The notes under the pieces are model-generated. The model did not search any database and was not told the origin of the DNA. It saw only the letters and a list, made by a program, of their open reading frames with translations. Positions 59,489-64,000 of a stretch of DNA of 64,000 bases are shown piece by piece. Source of the stretch: an uncultured delta proteobacterium (GTDB lineage: Bacteria; Desulfobacterota; Binatia; Binatales; Binataceae); assembly GCA_963842085.1 (NCBI GenBank), contig CAWJET010000001.1, positions 2,464,001 through 2,528,000 on the forward strand, read 5' to 3'. Position numbers and translations under genes: made by a program. Numbering within the stretch: the first letter of the stretch is position 1; every line of letters starts with the position of its first letter.

Positions 59489-60353
59489 ACGGCTGCAGCA
59501 GAACACTCCCGAATGGCACCGCTGGCGCAAGCAAGGAATTGGGGCCAGCGACGCTCCGGTGATCATGGGCGAGACCGCGTTCAAGAGCCCGAGAACGCTA
59601 TGGTCGATAAAAACCGGGCGTATGCAGGAAGCTTCCGCAGGTCCGGCAGCGCGACGCGGCCGCGAACTGGAGCGTTTCGCCCGTCGCGCGTACGAGCGAC
59701 AAACAGGCATCCAGGTGGAGCCACTGTGTCTGGTCCACCAGGAGTTCGAGTGGATGCGGGCGTCGCTGGACGGGCTCAGCTTCGACGGCTCCACGCTGCT
59801 GGAGATTAAATGCCCGCTCAGCCCGCGCGATCGCGCATCAGCTGAGCAAGGTCGCATCCCTTGCCAGTACCATGCGCAGCTACAGCATCAACTGGAGGTC
59901 TCCGGAGCAGCACAGGCGCACTACTGGTCCTTCCACGGAACTGGCGGAGTCCTGGTCGAAATACGCCCCGACCGGGAATACTTGAAGCGGCTGGTAGAGG
60001 CAGAGGCCGCTTTCTGGCAGCTGGTGCAGGAAAACCGCTGGCCCGAATTGCCCGACGAAGAACTGGATCTGAGCGCGGAGCCAAAATGGCGCCGCGCCGC
60101 TCTGCGTTACCGTGAAGCCAGACTCCGGCTGGAACACGCAGCAGCCGAAGAACACCAGCTGCGCGCAACGCTTGCGTGCATGGCGACCGCGCGGCGGACC
60201 TACGGCTGCGGCGTCGAAGTCCTGAAGAGCTCGCGAAAGGGCGCGGTCGATTACTCGGCGGTGCCGGAGCTCCGCGGGGTCAACCTCGAACCCTACCGTA
60301 AGCCGCCGGTCGCGGTCGTCAAGATCAACTTCACCGAGCCCGACGGGCAATAG
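59475..60353 (+). CDS. YqaJ / lambda-exonuclease family protein
   Basis: QNTPEWHRWR..GIGASD; ASLDG; EIKCP; QLQHQL. Confidence 0.9.
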   Translation: MPRIERLQQNTPEWHRWRKQGIGASDAPVIMGETAFKSPRTLWSIKTGRMQEASAGPAARRGRELERFARRAYERQTGIQVEPLCLVHQEFEWMRASLDGLSFDGSTLLEIKCPLSPRDRASAEQGRIPCQYHAQLQHQLEVSGAAQAHYWSFHGTGGVLVEIRPDREYLKRLVEAEAAFWQLVQENRWPELPDEELDLSAEPKWRRAALRYREARLRLEHAAAEEHQLRATLACMATARRTYGCGVEVLKSSRKGAVDYSAVPELRGVNLEPYRKPPVAVVKINFTEPDGQ

Positions 60354-60359
60354 ACCGTC

Positions 60360-60857
60360 ATGCAGGAATTTTTCGGCTTTCGCAATTTCCGCCAGTTCGA
60401 GCGTACCCACCGAGAGCTCAAGCTGCCCTACGAGCTGTTGAACGACCTTCGCTTCCGTCAGCTGCCCGATGCCCACAAAGCCCACCTGCTCTGTCTGCTG
60501 CTGCTCTCGGCACGAATGAACAATCTGCTGCCCAACTGTCCGGTCAAGCTGGAGCGGTTGATAGGGGCGACCGAGCCGTTGGACTTAAGCGCCTTCGCCG
60601 ACTTCGTCGACTTCGCCGTGCTGGAAAAGCCGACCTGGCAGGACCGCGTTGCGAACCGGCGGGTGCCCGACAGCATGCGCGCGGCAGTGCTGGTGCGCGA
60701 CGGCGGACGCTGCCGAAAGTGCAGGAGGGCGATCCAGCTGGAGATGGATCACATCGTTCCGGTCAGCAAGGGCGGCAAGACCGAAGAATCGAACCTTCAG
60801 ACGCTCTGCCGGCGCTGCAACCGGGCCAAGTCCAGGAAGCTGGTTCCCGGGCTCTGA
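60360..60857 (+). CDS. HNH endonuclease with phage replication-protein-like N-terminus
   Basis: C-terminal RDGGRCRKC...DHIVPVSKGG...NLQTLCRRCN; N-terminal LLNDLRFRQLPDAHKAHLLCLLLLS. Confidence 0.85.
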   Translation: MQEFFGFRNFRQFERTHRELKLPYELLNDLRFRQLPDAHKAHLLCLLLLSARMNNLLPNCPVKLERLIGATEPLDLSAFADFVDFAVLEKPTWQDRVANRRVPDSMRAAVLVRDGGRCRKCRRAIQLEMDHIVPVSKGGKTEESNLQTLCRRCNRAKSRKLVPGL

Positions 60858-60864
60858 GAAAGAG

Positions 60865-62577
60865 ATGAGTGCGGCAGGCGAATCATCGCGCAGTATCGCG
60901 GTCGAGTTGGCGCTGCTGTTCCTGCGCGAACTTGAGCCGCTAGTCGCAGAAGCGCCAGAGCGGCTGGTGTCGACCGAGGCGGTACTGTCCTTTGCCGCGG
61001 TCAGGCGCGGGGACCCGCTCACCTGGCAACACTGGCGGAGGATTCTCGAGAAATACGAAAAAGCCGATCTGCTCGAGCACATGCTCGGCGCTCCGCTGCC
61101 CCTGGAGCACGGCGGCGACGGCGGATCGGCTGCGGACAGGCTGATCGGACTTGTGCTCGATTCCGGAATCGAGTTCTTTCACGATCCCGACCAGCACGGC
61201 TGGGCTTCCGTTCGGGTCGATGGCCACTTCGAGAATCACCCCATCCGCTCCCGTTCGTTCCAGCTCTTCCTGCTCCGGACCTATTACCGGGAGACCGGCC
61301 AGAGCCCGGGCGCACAAGCCATCCGCGCCACGCTCGAGCTGTTCGAGGCCAAAGCCCTGTTTGACAGTGAGGAATCGCCTATCAATCTGCGGGTCGCACA
61401 TCACCGGGGGAAACTCTATCTCGACCTGTGCGACCGTGCCTGGCGGGCGGTCGAGATCGACGCCGAAGGGTGGCGGATAGTAGATCGACCGTCGCCGAAA
61501 TTCCATCGCACCCGCGGCTCTAAGCCGCTGCCCGCACCCGAGCGCCGCGGCACTCTCGACGAACTGCGCCACTTCCTGAACGTCGACCACCAGGGCTGGA
61601 CTCTGATCAAGGCCTTTCTGGTCGCGGCGCTGCGTCCCGGCGTGCCCTGTCCGATCCTGGTCGCCAAGGGCGAGCAGGGAGCGGGCAAGACCACCGCCTG
61701 CAGAATAATCAGCGCGCTGATTGATCCGCGCACCGGGGCCCTGCGGGGCGTCCCCCGTGAAGTTCGCGATCTGACGGCGGCGGCCAGAAACTCCTGGCTC
61801 GTATGCTTTGATAACCTGAGTCACCTGCCTGAGGAGCTCGCTGACGCAGCTTGCCGGCTGGCCACCGGCGGCGGCTTCGGTGGCCGGGAACTCTACAGCG
61901 ATCACGAGGAGGCGACCTTCGACGCCACCCGGCCCATCGTGTTCAATGCGATTCCCGACCTCGGTGCCGCGCGGCCCGACTTTCTCGATCGTGCGGTGAT
62001 CGTGGAGTTGCTCGACATGAAGCCCGAGCTGCGCCGCGATGAGGCGCAGTTCTGGCGCGAGTTCGAGCAGGTACGACCGCGCATCCTGGGCGCGCTGCTC
62101 GATGCCGTCGTGGCCGGACTCGGGAATCTGCCCAAGGTCACGCTCGAGCAGACGCCCAGAATGGCCGACTTCGCCGTTTGGGTCAGCGCGTGTGAGAGAG
62201 CTTTGGGGTTGGAAAGAGGGCAAGCGTTAGATGCCTACCGGGCCAATTGCGCCGAAGCGCGCAATCTCGCACTCGAGGCATCGCCGGTTTATGAACCCGT
62301 TGCCCAACTGGCCCTGGAGGGCTTTAGCGGGACGGTCACAGAACTGCATGCGCGGCTCACCAGCATGACAAGCGAGAGCATGCGCCGCTCGGTACGCTGG
62401 CCCAAGGCGCCCAATGCGCTGAGCAACGCACTGCGCCGTATGGCAAGCAACCTGCGCGCAGTCGGAATCGAGATCCAGTTCAGCCGCGCCAATATCCAAG
62501 GCAGACGCGTGGTATCCTTGGTTTCTGTTTCCGAACCCAGGAAAAGATCGTCAGTGATCGTCAGTGACCGTCAGTAG
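60865..62577 (+). CDS. P-loop ATPase / replicative helicase-like protein (570 aa)
   Basis: LYLDL; Walker A GEQGAGKTT; Walker B-like VCFDNL; RELYSD; DFLDR; PRMADF; WPK C-terminal segment. No primase motifs seen. Confidence 0.75.
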   Translation: MSAAGESSRSIAVELALLFLRELEPLVAEAPERLVSTEAVLSFAAVRRGDPLTWQHWRRILEKYEKADLLEHMLGAPLPLEHGGDGGSAADRLIGLVLDSGIEFFHDPDQHGWASVRVDGHFENHPIRSRSFQLFLLRTYYRETGQSPGAQAIRATLELFEAKALFDSEESPINLRVAHHRGKLYLDLCDRAWRAVEIDAEGWRIVDRPSPKFHRTRGSKPLPAPERRGTLDELRHFLNVDHQGWTLIKAFLVAALRPGVPCPILVAKGEQGAGKTTACRIISALIDPRTGALRGVPREVRDLTAAARNSWLVCFDNLSHLPEELADAACRLATGGGFGGRELYSDHEEATFDATRPIVFNAIPDLGAARPDFLDRAVIVELLDMKPELRRDEAQFWREFEQVRPRILGALLDAVVAGLGNLPKVTLEQTPRMADFAVWVSACERALGLERGQALDAYRANCAEARNLALEASPVYEPVAQLALEGFSGTVTELHARLTSMTSESMRRSVRWPKAPNALSNALRRMASNLRAVGIEIQFSRANIQGRRVVSLVSVSEPRKRSSVIVSDRQ

Positions 62578-62698
62578 GAAGGCCGGCTTCTGGGCGCGTT
62601 TTGACCGGGTTTCCGTCGGAAAATATGGGAAACGTCCTGCGATTCGGTGATGGTTGTTCAGGACTACTACCCACTGACGATCACTGACGATCTTTTCC
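62540..62698. promoter_or_regulatory. Candidate replication origin: inverted iteron arrays
   Basis: Perfect 27-bp inverted repeat GGAAAAGATCGTCAGTGATCGTCAGTG (62540-62566 / 62672-62698) built from 10-bp GATCGTCAGT units. Confidence 0.7.
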
Positions 62699-63748
62699 GG
62701 GGTTTCAGGACATCGCCAGGCCGATAGACGAGGTGAAACTGCTGAACGACGCCGACCGCGGAAGTCGCTCGATATAAAAGCGCCGGTGGCGCCACGTTGC
62801 CTCGCGTGATGGGTGCGGGGACCGATTGCTTCCGCGAATTCAACGTGTGCGCCCCCCGCGTGCTCGCGGGGCATCGACCGGCTTGCCACCACAATCGCAG
62901 ACCGCAGCCTCAGAAGCGATCTCATCCGCAAGCGCCGTGACGAGCAGCACAGCCGGTGCAGTCCCCGGCGGCATACCAGGGCTCTTGTGTGGCTCCGCGA
63001 CGATCTTCATATGGATGCCCTCGAACAGCCTCGTACAGTTCCGGAGTGGTACGACGCGCCGAAGAGCTCCCCATTCCCCGACCAGGTCCGATGACCGCCG
63101 CCGCGCACGCATTGCTTCGTTTACCGAGTCGGAATGCGGATGCTGCCGCGAGCCGCAGTGGATGCTCGACGGAACTCCGGTCAGTGGTGGATGTGAGATG
63201 CAGCTGATGATGACGGCCTCGAGACCCCCCGCTGCTCCCTGCGGGTTCGAGCAACTCGCGCGCGAGCTGATCGCCGCAAAATGAGGGGGGCGCGCAAGCG
63301 CCCCGTCGTCGATGAACCAACAGATTCAAGTGGTCGAGGCCGACTATCAAATCCATCGTATGCCTCCTTCGCCGCCATCAGGGCTGAGGGTAAATTTGAG
63401 CGCCGGACGGGCGACCTCGCGGTACGACGACGCACACCCCGCGGTAGGGATCCGCTGGGAGCATGCAGCTAAACTCCTTGTCGTTTGACTGTTGACAATC
63501 TGTCACATGCGCTGTATTTCGTGCCTTCTAATGATGGGGAGCTCCTGCTACAGCATGCGCGGTTTACTCGAGGGGGAAGCCCCCTGTTCCCCCCGGAATT
63601 ACCGAAGAAATGCCTAAACCAAAAAGGTTGACGGTCCTGCGCTTGCGCCACAAACATCCGCGAAGTCACCGGCGTTGGATTTAGCCTGCATCGCAGAGGC
63701 GCGACCTGGTTCGAACTCGGCTCGGCCTGCGATCGTCACCGGTACAAA

Positions 63749-64000
63749 CTACAAAATAATGCTTGGGGGGCTCTTGACGTTACGTTGTGTTTTCTGCAAG
63801 ATCGGGCGCGATTTCGGAGGGCTGAGTGAATTGGGGGGGCTTTTGGCTAGACTTGAACGAAGGCGATTAGAGAGAAGTCCATAGCCACCGCTATAAATAA
63901 TGTTCTGCCGGGCTCTTGACTGCACGTTGTGTTTTCTGGAAGATTGTGCGCCATATAGCGGGGCAGAGTGAATTGGGGGGCTTTTAGCTAGACTTGAACG
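63749..64000 (+). repeat. Diverged direct repeat, about 110-bp unit, 142-bp period (runs off window)
   Basis: Shared blocks AAATAATG, GGCTCTTGAC, ACGTTGTGTTTTCTG, GAGTGAATTGGGGGG and GCTAGACTTGAACG at 63749-63859 and 63891-64000. Confidence 0.85.

Larger units (their letters stand above)
50000..64000. mobile_element. Mosaic genomic island / degraded prophage or satellite region (boundaries approximate, continues past window)
   Basis: Lower-GC patches, many pseudogenes, TerS, type I R-M debris, brnTA, ardC, Cro, ERF, YqaJ, HNH, helicase-like ATPase. No integrase or att seen. Confidence 0.7.

Noticed and set aside
60649-60864. ORF-track N-terminal extension of the ATPase (642 aa)
   Set aside because: Overlaps the HNH gene with shadow-like composition; ATG 60865 just after the HNH stop is more plausible.
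62546-62575. 10-bp tandem units as CRISPR or simple VNTR
   Set aside because: No spacers; the mirrored inverted set fits iterons better.
62813-63479. Several overlapping short ORFs after the origin candidate
   Set aside because: No consistent RBS or recognisable motif; a real frame could not be chosen.

Overview
GC-rich bacterial chromosome segment. Gene content and a recurring MKxR[HY]AAxLA secreted-protein leader suggest Candidatus Binatota/Binataceae or a related deltaproteobacteria-like lineage; this is inference only. Positions 1-49.9 kb are mostly core or metabolic genes: ffh-rpsP-khpA-rimM-trmD-SPOUT-rplS, a peptide ABC transporter operon, TPR/LolB-like lipoproteins, GT-C glycosyltransferases, two ECF sigma/anti-sigma loci, etfBA, IclR, a MacAB-like exporter, two DUF1329 paralogs and a divergent YchF-like NTPase. 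Small insertions punctuate this backbone: (1) a 487-bp internally deleted IS1-family element with TIRs, an 8-bp TSD and a passenger gene, just upstream of rplS; (2) a DUF6516/TumE-type TA pair inside the ABC operon, flanked by a diverged duplicate of the permease 3' end; (3) a DpnA-like methyltransferase plus a single-domain MutH/Sau3AI-like nuclease; (4) several REP/MITE-like repeats. From about 50 kb onward is a mosaic island. It begins with decayed mobile and defence debris (frameshifted TerS, shattered type I R-M, ardC fragment, intact brnTA). It ends in a compact phage-satellite-like module: Cro-like regulator <> [unknown domain-TGA-ERF]-YqaJ exonuclease-HNH fusion-P-loop helicase-like protein, then an inverted-iteron origin candidate, then a 142-bp-period repeat running off the window end. 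No rRNA, tRNA, CRISPR array or integrase was recognised. Family assignments come from motif recognition by eye, not from database searches.
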